This document shows positions 1 through 13,456 of a stretch of DNA of 64,000 nt, one piece after another. Position numbers and translations under genes: made by a program. Source of the stretch: Pavona decussata (lineage: Eukaryota); contig CDRNST010000123.1 of the NCBI GenBank assembly GCA_977016875.1, positions 372,001-436,000 on the forward strand. Direction: 5' to 3'. Below the pieces are notes generated by a model. It had not been told where the DNA came from. It made no database searches and worked only from the letters and a program-made list of their open reading frames with translations. The first letter of the stretch is position 1. Each line of letters begins with the position of its first letter.

Positions 1-132
1 CGTAGGCTAATTCAAACTAAACTACAAGGTCAAAAGAGAACTGCCGCATTAGATTTTTTCCGTGTTCGCGATCTTTTTAAGAGATTATCAGTACCTTGTA
101 TCTAAGCGAACATTTTTTATTTTCTCCTTCAG

Positions 133-1562
133 GACTGGTTGGCGTTTTCACAGAAAATTGCTCAGTTGACTTTCCAAGGAAAACTCCAGTTTGAAAATGG
201 TGGGGCTCCCCTGGAACAAGACAACTTCGCCTTCTGCAAGGTAATGATCATTCCTTCTTGTTTTGTTTTACGAACTTTTGAAGGCGATGAAAAAGCAAAT
301 CAGAGCAGAAAATGAATAAAGAAATAGTTTCTTCCTCAACCAACTACTCAGCATAGAGATTCGATTTAGCTCTCGGGAAATGTTGTTATTTGGAGATATC
401 AAAAGAGCGAGCTGATAACAGGATGGGGCGCTTATTTCTGTTTTGATCTCACACGTGAGAATGCCTGGACTGTAAACTGTAAAAATACCAGAAAACTAAA
501 GTATGACCTGTACAAGTAAAGCAAATCTCAGTTTAATCAGCTTCGCTCTTGCATTTTTCTTTGTGACAGGTGCTTAATTTTACTGAGAAATTTTATGCAC
601 CTCCTGTTGTCGTGGTAACAGTCAATCACCTATACGATAGCAAGAACGTGTACTCTGTTAAGCCGGAAAACAACGTCCTTAACACCTGGATAGAGGTAAG
701 TTATAATCATTCTTGACAAGTAGATTTTTCGGTCTATTTAATACAAGAAAAAAACCTTAAGAATCACAGTCACATGAATTTACAACCTTTAAATTACATT
801 TATGCGCCTTTGCGTTAGACACATTATCAAAACCTGGATCTTAGTAACCATTGCCTTGGTTTTGCTCCGTTTGCTGGGATGGAAGATGACATGACACCGT
901 TTGGCATATTTTGGCCACACACGTGGCCGTTTATTGTTAGCAAATAATGACATAATGAGAGAAGAATAACTCTAAATAAAGCTGTACCCAGCAAAGGTGA
1001 GGGGATACCCGCCACCGACCTAACCATGCTTACAAATTCTGTGGCTTTGAAGGGAGCTAGGGAGGGAGGGAAGTGACGAGTTTCCCTTGGATATGCTTAG
1101 TTCACTGTTGTATGATCTAGGCCAAAGAGGACAAATGATGGTCTAACCGAGCTTTATGTAGGGTAATTAGCTAGAGTATCTCCTTACTACCACCCGAACG
1201 GAAGCCACAGAACAGATGCACTTAAAAGGCGCATAAAATCATTTATTTGTTAAATAAATATCCTGTTAAACCCGGCAGTGTTCCATCAAGCTATTGACTT
1301 CGAAACCTTTCATTAGTTTCATGAAAAACACAAGCCATTCTCCTCGAGACTTTTCAAGTTTCATGAAAAAGAATTGTCTTCAACCTTGAAACCTTGCAAC
1401 AAGTTACTGCTTAGTACATTGATTGCCATTTTACTGATTTGAGTTCATTTCTGCTCTTATCACAGGAAACAACTATTTCTTATGTCCGCATTTGCATAAA
1501 AGACTTGGCAGGAATGAAGAGCCAACATGATCCGGTCAAAGTTGATTACGCAGTTATTGGAG
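133..1562 (+). CDS. Copy A: last three exons of first H-type-lectin-like triplet
   Basis: [20 protein letters not shown]...FAFCK / [20 protein letters not shown]...NTWIE / [14 protein letters not shown]...VDYAVIG. The F-x3-P-x-V, W-x-E, F/V-x2-C, V-x-W/Y-x-A pattern resembles the H-type lectin fold (family assignment inferred). Confidence 0.75.
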
Positions 1563-4500
1563 GTAAATAAGCAACATTATATGACAGTTTTACTTTCTGA
1601 TATTTTTTGAAGTCACCACGAAAGTCACCACGAAGTCACAATGAAAAAAGTACATGTATGTATTACTACATGTAAAAATGAAAATAACATATTTGAAATC
1701 ACTTACTTTTAAACATTCTGATTTTATTAATCCAGTCCTGTTACGAAACTTAACGAACGGACAAAAATGTCGTTTGTGACATAAGGTTAGCTAGAATTTT
1801 CGAAAAGCCAACAGCAGCTCAACTGGCAGATTTTGGGGATTTGAATCTGTTTGCTAAAATTTTGAGCCACTTTCAACAAAAGAATCTGAACAGATTAAAC
1901 GGCGTTTATAATAACAATGCTGTAAAACAGAAAACAGCATCCGAAGTTTTTCTTTTTGTTTGTTAAAATTCCTTCATTGGGTAAAACAGTTGAAATGGAC
2001 AAAAATTTGAAAGTTGTTTGCATGCAGAACATGACCCGGCCTTAGGTGAGGGGCCACAATCGCTTGGCTTCCAAGGAAACAACTACCAATCTATTTTTAA
2101 GTCTCGTTACATAACTTGCGATTTAATAATGCATTTTATAATTGTTTCTTTCGTTTACTTATTCCTTATAAACCCTCTAAAGTTAGAGTACTTAATTTGA
2201 GAAAAACAAAACAAAAAATTCTTTGCATTTCATGTTACAGATGTTGATCCGTGCATTAATGTCTCCTGTAAGTACTTTGCCGTTTGTAAGGCATTTGGTC
2301 CCAGGGACGCGCGGTGCATATGCGTGGATAATTGTCCGTCGTATGAAGAGCCTGTGTGTTCCTCTAATGGTACCACATATGACAACGAGTGTGTGTTCCA
2401 GCGAGAAATGTGCCATCTGAGAGGAAACTTCACTGTCTATCATCCGGGTGATTGTACAGGTAACATCACTGATTTCACTTCTTTCCCACAGCTGTAGATA
2501 AATTTGAAACAAACGTAAAGTGGACGATGACAGTTTATTGTTACACGAGATTCCAACAACACCGCAGCAACACCAAAACACACCATCTACGGTGTCCACG
2601 TCTGATAACAGTAGTCCCATTATAGGATTGAATTGACTTAGTGTTGTTAACTTTTTTGCAGGATTCCCTTCTCAAAAGGGCCGGCATCGCCTCCACCACA
2701 ATCCAGTTTGGGCTGAAGCGGTTTGTGAACAAGTTCCACTGGCTCCTTATGTCTTTTATCCTGACAAACCGGTTCACATACAGGTTTCTGTCAATCACGT
2801 GAACTTCTCAGATCCCTCATATGTCCATGAAGCAGTTGTTGCTTGGGTTGAAGAAATCATGGAGAACAATTTTACAGTTTGCGTTACACAGGCCGGGAGA
2901 AACGAGAAAAGAAATGGAGAAACGTTTGCAACTGTTGACTGGCTTGCCTACCAGGGGGCCCCTGACGGGGGAGTGTCTGGTGAAATGGACATGCCGACTT
3001 GGTGGACTGGAACGAGTTGTCGAACCGTCTCCCTTCCCTCGGTAAGAAGCTAATTGGTATTGGTTCATTTTTAAAACTGAGTTTCAAATTTTGATCTGCT
3101 CCGGTGGTTACAACACAAACCTTCGCACCAGCTTAGTCAGTGTACTGGAAGGTATATTGAACTTATAGACATAATGGGAAAAAGTACGGTCAATTAAATA
3201 ATTTCTCAACCCACAAATCAGAGACTTTCAAGATTCGAATTTAGTTTAGGCAGAAGATATTTTTTTTTACCGCTTCTATTTACATATAAACACTCATAGT
3301 GCCGTTAAAAATTAATCATTTTTTGTTGTCCTTGATTATAGAGCAAGTTTAAGTCGACGCCTACAGTTCTAGTGTCAGCGGAGCATGAAAGGCGTGGTGT
3401 AAAGCACGATGCATCTTCTGTGTGGTTAGAAGATATCACGAAAAATTCTTTTAAGATCTGCGTCCGAGAATTACAGAACTTTGATGGAGTTCACCAAAGT
3501 ATTTACGTTGTAAGTGGTTTTAGTTGTAACTCGTCTTATGATTTCCTCAAGTTCAAACTTCAACCGAGGCCCGTTGTATGAAAAACTGCATCCAATTTAT
3601 ACCTCTTTGTTGGACGGTACGGAAAAGACTAGATGAAAGGAAAACAATTGTTCTTGGAGTTTTTCTTGAAGCATACTCTTGATGTTTTCGATCCGTCTAT
3701 TTCATTTTATCACAAATGGAAATATGCTGCTTTCGATTTATACAGACTTGCACTGGGCATTCTTATAGAAAGATCACCATAGCTATTTTTTCTCTCATAA
3801 ACAATAACCTCTTGGACGGTTTACAAGTGACAACGTGATAACAAACAATGGCTTCTTTGCAGGATTGGATAGCGTTTGAAGAGCTTCACCGACCTCTGTT
3901 TAGAGAGCATGGAGCTATATACTTCTCCAATTCGAACAAGCCATCCCGAGATTTCAACTATGCTTTTTGTGAGGTAGGTAGGCCATTATTGCACTCACGT
4001 TTACAACCTCTGAAGGTCTTTAGACGGTAACGACTTCTTTTATAGATGACCACCCGCACGTCTGATCGGGAACATATGCACTTATCCGTTCACACTTGCA
4101 GTAGTGCCTACATTTGCGCATGCACCCTAACCCACTCATGCAGACAAACTTACGTATGCTAACACTCGCTTTTTCGTTTTTTTTTTTCTATTATTTTGCT
4201 CTTCTACTCTTTTTCTATCAGATGCACTCCTGCCCACTCATACATTCTCAACTTTTAATTTAATCAACCATTCATCTCTCCTTTCCCTATTTTGTCTCTC
4301 CTTTCTTATCTTTCTTCCCCGTTCTTTCATTTCTTCTTCCCTTCCTTTTGTTGTTTCATCCTATAGTTCATAATTGCTTGGTGGACTTTTTCAATTGTTT
4401 ATTTCATTCTTTGTTTGAAAATATTCTAAACTTACAAAAGGTTTGTTTTACCATCATGCACAAACAGTTGAATTTTCTTTCCTTTAGGATGTCGTGTTTA

Positions 4501-7500
4501 AGAAGCATTACAATGACTCTCCCGAAGTCTTGGTGTCAGCAAACCATTCAACAAGCGGAGGAAACCTTAATCCTATGTACAACTCCATTTCAGCTTGGGC
4601 TGAGGTAAGATAACAACGGCATTTGTAAGTTAATCTTAGCTTCACTTGTGTTTTGCGATGCACTGTAAGAGATGTGGGCATACAGTGTAGAGTGATCGTT
4701 AAGAGCTCGTTAGGCGAGAACCTTGGTTTGAGAATTGGTCCTAGCTTGCTGTCTCCTTTTGAACGGGTGAGGGTATTATAGAGGCGAGAACTGAGGTTGC
4801 GATAAACTGGCTTCCTATATAGGGAAGTATAGTTACCCTTTAGTGACTTTATGCCAAGAAAACGGGAGCTCATCTACGCCTTGATGGGCAACTTTAGGAA
4901 CAGACCAACTCTTAAGTTGTCTTTACGGTTGCATGTTACTAATTTCTAAAACATTTTATTTTTCGTATCTTTGCAGTACATAAACAAGACAGGCTTTAGA
5001 GCTTGTGTGAAGGAACTGTTTGTTCAACAACACGACCCTCTCTCAGTGTCTTATGCAGTTTTGCCAGGTAGGCTCTGAGTCATAGCTAATTATAAATAGC
5101 GCTGAAATTCTTCAACTACAAATCGATTCTCAAGAGAATGTTATTAGATGTATCAGATTTGATCTGCTTCTGTATAAAAAATTTCCCCAAGTCTAATTTA
5201 TCTTCTCATGCAAAAGTCCTCTTTTGAAAACAGAAAATTTTATTTCAGCCGGGACAAATATTATTCTCCTACGGAAAAGCTACTGCTAAGGAGGCAAGCC
5301 AAATTATGGGTTGGTTCACAACCTTAAAAGAATTTTAGCTTTTTTTTCCCTTTTTCGATTCGTGAAATAACTTTTTTGTAGCATTGGTCTGTCCTTAAAC
5401 ATTAAGGTAGCGACAACAGCTTCGTAGTTTAATTTATTACTTTATTTTTCAAAGATGTCTGTGAGCCCGGCTGGAGTTTCTACAATGGCTCCTGTTATTT
5501 CACCAGCGAAACATGTGAGACTTGGTCCAATGCAAGTATAACCTGCAGAGCCATGGGCGCTAATCTAGCTGCTATTGAAAACCAGGAAGAGAACGTATAT
5601 ATCCAGCACAGGCACAATGGTGACAAGGCGTGGATCGGTTTAAATGACATTGCCACAGAAGGATTGTTCAGCTGGGTAGATGGATGTCCTGATAAATTTC
5701 GCTACTGGGCTCAAAACCAACCAAACGACTTTAGAGGGGAGGACTGCGTTCACACCCTGGGGGCAGGGCATGGGTACATGTGGAATGACGTGGATTGCTC
5801 TGCCTGTCATCAGTACACATGCAAGAAAGGTAATCAGAAATTAGTTTCTGCCCAACTAGATACATTACCTTCCACTATACTGAGAGTAATATATATTCTC
5901 GAAAGAGACTCTAAAAGAAACAAAGAGATACTATTATTGAATCGGGGGAGATGGGTAGGGAACGGGGGAGGAGAAGGAGGAGGAAGGAAATGGACTTTCT
6001 TATAAGCTGATTAGACTTATGTTTTTTTTTTCTTTTATGTCATAGTAACAATTAATTTCCTTTGAATGCAACTTTCAAACATCTTTCTGCTCAGATTATG
6101 ACGACTGCAGCAGCAATCCGTGTTTGAATGGCGGCACCTGTGTGAACGGCAAAAGGAGATTTACTTGCGTCTGCTCTCGGACACACAAAGGAAGGACATG
6201 TGAAGGTAAATATACAACTCAGTTTTCTGATTTCTCTTTGAACCTATTACGCCTGGGATTTTTCTGAGTTTCTGTGTCAAGGCTGCTCCACCATCACCAC
6301 CGGATCACTAATAACTTCAAGAGTATTGAGAGTGTGACTTCAAACCTTGGAGGATACGAAGTGTTTCCATATCTATTTCCTTTGAGGTCCGCAAAATGGG
6401 ATGCTGACCGCATATGACGTGGATATCACGTCGTTTAACTGCACATCCGCAATATTGGTTTCTCAATTCAGAAAACCATCCGAAACTGATCTCAAAGTCA
6501 TGGAAACCGCTAAACAAAAGTTAAAATAGGTCAAAAATGTGTAAATGTTGCGAGGATAAACTAAAAATTTTTATTAAAAAGTAAGAAATCCAAAGTTTGA
6601 AGCATGGAAATATCAAGTCATTATAAACATATTTTTGCCATTTGATGAAAAGTTTGGTGTTGGTTTCCTTGATATTAAGGACGTTATGAACGTTCAAATC
6701 AAGCGCAGCTACTTTGTGCATCGCAGACATTTAATTGTGCCGTCAAAAGGAGATCCGACAATAAAATTCTTATTTTTTTATTTGTATTTTGTTGTTTTAT
6801 TTTTGTTTTGTTTTCATTATCTAACCTTTTGAAAGCGGACAAAGTTGGGCCGTGCTATATTTTTCTGTTATAGGGATGGAAACTATTAATTCTAATTATT
6901 CGTTGACTTTTTAACGTATTTATTGCCTTTCAGAGTTTGACGAATGCTCGAGCAACCCCTGTATGAATGGAGGCACTTGTACTGATGGAAACAATAACTA
7001 CACATGCGCATGCCCTTCACCGTATTTTGGCAAGCAGTGCCAACGTATGTACAACAAAATGCTTTTAATCATACAAAATATAGATGAGGGATGTTTAGTT
7101 CCATTATCCGTTAAGAACCTTGCACAACTGATGTTCAATTTTGGGGGATGACTTTAGTCTTAGCAATATCTATACCCTCGTTTATTTCGGGAAATAAGGC
7201 TTTCAGTTGCAGTAGCTGCGTTTTGCCGTAAAAAAAAAAAAAAAAAAACGGTTATTTATGATGTGTAAGTTTTCCATATTAGCCAAATTTTGATCGGTTT
7301 GTTGACCAAAATGTACGGATTTTTTGTGTAAAATTCGCTGCTTTGCAATTATTTTGGAATTGTTTTGGATATTGCCTTCCATATTGGCCGATCTAACTGA
7401 AATTTTAAAATACTCTGTAGCCGTCAGGGAGGCATGCGCATGTGATGTGAGCATAAAGTATGTAAAACCTCCTTTAAGACATTCTCGACCCCAGAGCCTC

Positions 7501-9208
7501 TCGGCTTTGACTACGTCATGCGCCAAGGCTGTAGGAAACTCTGCGCAAGACAGCTTTAGAGTAACGTTCCCTAAATTCTTATTTTACAGATACGGATGAA
7601 TGCATATCCAATCCATGTCTAAACGGAGGAACTTGTATAGATGGAGTGTACAATTTTACCTGTGTTTGTCAAGGCGTTTTCATCGGGCATAGATGTGAAG
7701 GTACTTTGTAGAATAGCACCAATGAAATAAGCCGTGTGGTGTTTTATATTCCATTGACCTGAAATGTGTGAGGAGTTATATAGAAGAGTTCAGGAAATCG
7801 TCATTATGATGTTTAAGGTCAAACACAAAGTATAATCTCCGTGAATTTGCTATTTAAATTGTGGAACAACTGAGTTCTTGGGAGAAGTCAGAACTTTACC
7901 CACATAATGATTGTTCAGTTCTAAAACCGCATTCGTAAATGCGATCTTTAGTAAGTTTGTTGATAGATTAGGATAATTGTTCAAAATGTATAGCTCATAA
8001 TGTAAAAATTTCTGATCAGTTTTATGCAATGCGCTACAATTTAAAATTCGTTCAAGTTTGAAAATTTGATAGCAATTAAGTTGATAGTTCTCTTTTAAAA
8101 TAAATCATAGGTGACCCAGTTAGTAAAGACTGACATTGATTGTCTCAATGAAAAAGAGGCTGAAATCATTTTTTTGGAAAACCTTGGCCAATTTTTTTCA
8201 AGTTGCAATACATTTCCATTCTGGCCTTCCCCTGAGTACCAAGGAACTCTCAGAAACTCGTTCAAAGTGTCCTTGCTTCCAGGTCGAATCAGAATTTGGA
8301 AATGTCGGTTTTTGTGGAGGGAGGAGAAGCGAAGTATAAGGGGAGAAACCCTGGGATTAACATCGAAAAGCGTGGAAGAGTGACAGGCACTGTAATTGAA
8401 ATGCAGTGTACCAGCACAGTAACAGTAACAGTGTGCAGGCACTGTAACTGAAATGCAGTGTATCAGTTCAGGTGCAACAGCTGCGTCATTAACAATACAT
8501 TGGTAGCACAACACGCTTTTTCCATGACCGCGTAAGAGAACATATCAATAACGATAACTCCTCCGTTAAAAAAAAAAAAAATATCTCTTCCTGCCAGAAC
8601 AACGACTATAAAGGCATTAATATCAAGATTATTATGAGCGAAAACGATCCCGCTAATCTACGCCTCTACGAAGCATTTTACATTAGAAAATACAAGCCCA
8701 CACTCAATTCACGAGTGGAATGTACTGAATTCGCAGACCTTCTACTTTAATATTGTATTTTAGAGACTACTCTCATACGCTTTTATAGCCCACAACCATC
8801 ATCAAAAAAATTTGTATTCCACTCACAGTTTATTTCTATAGCTTTCACACATACGTCACATTTTTTACACATTTCACCTTTCACCCTACACTCTCTTTGC
8901 GTATGATATATAGCGTGCGCGGAATATTTTCTTATCCCTGATGATGCCGTTGATCGGAGAAAGCTTGGATTTTAGTTTTTACTTTTAAACAGCAGTTTCA
9001 GGCCTCATTAGAACAGTTTTTATATATTCTTAACCATGCTGCTAAAGGACAACATGAACAGATTACTGTAAAAATCGATGACCCAATCAGAAATCGAGCA
9101 TAATTTCCAGGAAAACAATTTTAATTTCCGCTAGAATATGCCCGTTATTTGGATGTTGACTATTTAACAATTATTCCGCGAGCGCGCGTTGGATATGAGA
9201 TGATTGAT

Positions 9209-9241
<33 letters not shown>

Positions 9242-12200
9242 TATCATCTCATATCCAACAAGCGCAAGTGGAATAATTGTTTTATTAAAAACAATCAAGA
9301 AATATTCCTAAATCTTACTGAATTCGCTGCGTAAGAATAACCAGCAGACAATTTAATGGGCGCTATTTCTCGGCCATGGTATAATGGCTAATATACCATG
9401 GCCGCTAAGCCAATCAAATCCCTCGAATTGCATTATACAATGATTGAGTTTTTAATAATGGGGTTTATCGAATTAGAGGTTGTCGTAATTGAGCAACATA
9501 TGTGAACTTATCAGTTTGGAAGTTAGTTTGAGGCTTTTACTATTTTTATCTCGCTAATTTTCCGCTGTTGTTTCTACCTATAAGAATTTTTTTATAATGT
9601 ATTTTAACTTGATTATTTCCACATTTTTTGCGAGATCTGAGTCTTTGTTTTTTTCTCTTTCTTGTTAAGTTGTTGCAGGAGTATCGTGTAAAAATCTCCT
9701 ACAAGCCGGCTACACCTCAAGTGGAACATACTCTTTGAAAGTCAACGGTCATTTTTTCCAGGTTAGTTTATATTCTTTCTGTTTCTTCAACGTTTTCAAT
9801 GTTAATATTGATCAAGTACTAAAATCACTACCTTCTAGTAATTCATAGGTGCAAGATTATCAATGGGATACATTTATATTTTAAACGCTGTGCTATTTAA
9901 AAAAAGCAGTAATTAGTGACGATTCATGTGTGATGTCTGATGCTTGATAATGAATGAGGCATTCATAGACCAAAAAGCAAATTCTCGAAACTATTTGGTT
10001 ATTAGCGTGTCTTATTGAACATTCATTTCGAGAATTTAAATTGATGTCGGCATGAAACTTGCGTCAAAATACAAGCAATGTGTTTATGATTAGACAGGTT
10101 TTATTGGTCAATGTAATGCACTTGAATGGGCTACTATCCCAATAGCCCTTTTCACGGTTAACTCTGCTCATTTGAATTACAGTGAAATCTAGCATGTATG
10201 TGAGGCAATTTCGGACTATTTTGCAGTTTTAGCCCGAAATTACCTCGCATCGACGTTGGATAACATTGTAATGCAAATGAGAAAAATCAATCGTGAAAAT
10301 GGCTGTTATGTCCTGAAAGAATTAATGTAATTATTCCACTCACCTGTCACACAATGGGTAAGGACACACAATGGGTAAGGAAAACTACAGAACAGCAAGT
10401 TAGCAGGAACACTTCTCGTGTTGATTCCTGTAACTTCTTACCAAAAAAAAAAAGATATGTTTTGGCCGTCTTTTCCTTTATTCGAAGTAGGTCGATCTTA
10501 GTAGAAGTGGGAGTCTTAGTACTTCTGCCAAATTACAATAATTTAACCCCAATCGAAACACACGAGGTTCGTTTTCAAAGAACTAGATATCACGTCACAA
10601 AAATTAAGTAAGGCTCTTCCCAGCAGGTTCTTTAATAGTTTTTCTCAAACTTTTCTCTTTCTTAATGAAAAAAAAAAAAAAAAAGACAATAAAATAAGTT
10701 TAACGCCGGTTTTTCAAACGGGAGTTTTCGAGGTTAAAGTTGCTTTTAAAGTTACGTATTGAACAGTCAAACTGTCCTTCTTCAGGCCTGGCGCATCGGA
10801 GGTAAGATCTGAATTTGGTGTGGATTTCGTTTTTAGCATACCAAAAACCACAGAAATTTTGCCACAAAAATTCTTAAATAAAGGGTGCGTTCCGCTCCAA
10901 TAAGAAGCCGCGAGCACCTTAAAGGGACAGTATCACGCTATTTTTAGTAACACATGGAAAATCGGAAAGACGCTATTCGGTTGATAGCAACCAAGATATA
11001 ATGACAGAATTCCATTAAAAGGCTATCAGAATGCAAAGAAACTAGCCACGGATATTTTCGCCGGCAGATGACCAAGATAGAGAGGGGTTCAAATTTGAAA
11101 ACGTCTGGCAGACGTTTTCAAATTTCGCTGTTGTAACGCACTAAAAATCGCCGGTTGTACTATATTTTGGTTCAACCTTTCGTCTTAGAATCACTATTAA
11201 CATTTCTTTAAATTAGCGCTTGAGAAATCAAGTAACACAGTGTTCAAAGTTTAAAGTTAGTGAATTTTGGTCAAAAATCATGTCATCTCCCATGATACTG
11301 CCCCTTTAAGCGTGATCTAAACTTCGTTTAAATAATCAGCCCTGAACACAACACAACCTCCGTGGCCGTGACAACATATAGTTACACTCTCGCCTTGATC
11401 GCGTCCCCCCCCCCCCCCCTCCCCTTTCGCTACATTCAAAGTGTTAAGAAACTTAAACATGAGATGTCGCGTTCCTTGCTCTATCCGGCAAAATAATTTA
11501 TTGCAACTGGGGAAAGGGGGCGGGTGGTCGAACAAATTATGACACTCAAAAACAAAAATTATAACCAAAAGACAACATTGATAACAAAGAATGGAGAGGA
11601 AACCAAACACATGGCTGTCGAAAGAGCAAGCAGAAGAAAACGTAGCTCAAGTAGGTGACTTGGTGAAAAAAGTAGCAATTGTTATACTAACCTGCTAATG
11701 CACACAAGCTAGGGCAAGTGAAACTTCTTTTGCAGCCTAGTATCGGACTATGAATAGTGAACTTCTCGTTTGACTGATTCAATCAATGAAGTACGATTAT
11801 TACAAAACATTTGTACAACCTAAATACCTAGAACAAGAGATAGAGGAAATAAGGCTGTCTTAGGCCCCTTTATGCAAGTTTGTAATCTAAACGAACATCA
11901 CCAGGAGCCGCCCGACGCGAACCGGGTAAACGGTCACTTGAAGTTACAGCTTTGGAACTGAGTGCGTGTGTCATACCTGCCAGCTATAATGGATCGGATC
12001 AGAGAATTAACTCTGCAGCGTTTGTTAAAGTGCTAAGTGAACCCATGAAAATCCTACTGAGGGTCATTCTTAGTAAGGAAATGTAATGGGAGCCACACAA
12101 AACAAAGAAAAACATTTCTGACCTCGGAGGCCTTCACATTTGCCGTAATTACCACCATTATTATCCACGAATTGCTCAGTTCTGTCCTCGTTTTTCAGTT

Positions 12201-13379
12201 CGTAGAGCAACGGACGATCAAATTCCGAGGTCGTGGGTTCGTTTCCCGCCGAGGTCGGAGATTTTTTCTTTGCCTTGTGGGTCTCCCATTTCCTTACTAG
12301 GGCTAACGCTCGGTGGGAAATTCATGGGTTTACGTTGCGTTTCAACATACAGTGCAGAGTTAATTCTCTGGCCATCATTTGTGCCACTAGAACTTAAACA
12401 AGCGGCGCAACATTTATTTGTACCATTCATATCAACTTGGACACAATAAAGCTTTTCAGGCGCTTACAAGTCCACCGTCAATAAACTCAGTTTTGAAGGG
12501 TTTTCGACAAGGTCACAAACAGTGTTTTTTCTTTTCGGATTGCTTGGTAACTATGTTATTGGATGTCAGTAGTGGATGTAGGCTTGACCTTATTTGCATG
12601 GAAATTTAAGGGCCCACTTGTAGATGTTCTCACAGATAAACCGTACTTTTCTCCGTGAATTTTCTTTCTACTTTTTTCCAATGGATTTTAAACGGGGTGT
12701 GGTTTATCTGCCAATTTGGAGGGCAGTACGGAATGCGCAGAGTAATGACAGCTGTAATGAGTCACGCACTGTAATCTAAAACAAAAGTTCTCAACAAAGG
12801 TCCTGGGACTTTTAGTGAGACCTTGTGTGTTGTCTTTTATTGTTGGTGATGTTGTTAAGTTGGGTCTAAGAGCTCTTATTACAGCCTACATGTCTGGAAA
12901 GCTGATATTTGAGTTAGAAGTCCTTGTAGTTCTCATCTCCTTTAGCCCTATACACTGACAACATAAACTTCTGCAGTGAAATTACAGCAGTTTTGCCGCT
13001 GCACGTATTTTCCGTTCCATATATTAGTGCATCACATCTTTCGCCTCCAATTAGTGTCTTATCCATGTCTTTTAAGTCATCAAGCTTCATACAACCTGCA
13101 ATTTGAATCAGAGAAACGTTAGAACAATGTTAACCAGTAATGGTTAGTGTAATTTAGTGTAATTTATAGTGTGCGATACGTTTTTAACTCAGATATTCAA
13201 TTTGTGTACATATTTTTAACTTGCTTTATCACATTTCGTATTTCATACTTCAATATTTTAGTTTTTTAACCTACTGCGACTATCTTAGATGTATTTTAAG
13301 CACTGACTAATTTTTAAGGAGAGAGGGCCACTAGTTAATCAGAAATTCTGTTATGTGTTACCCTCTTTAAATAAAATTG

Positions 13380-13456
<77 letters not shown>

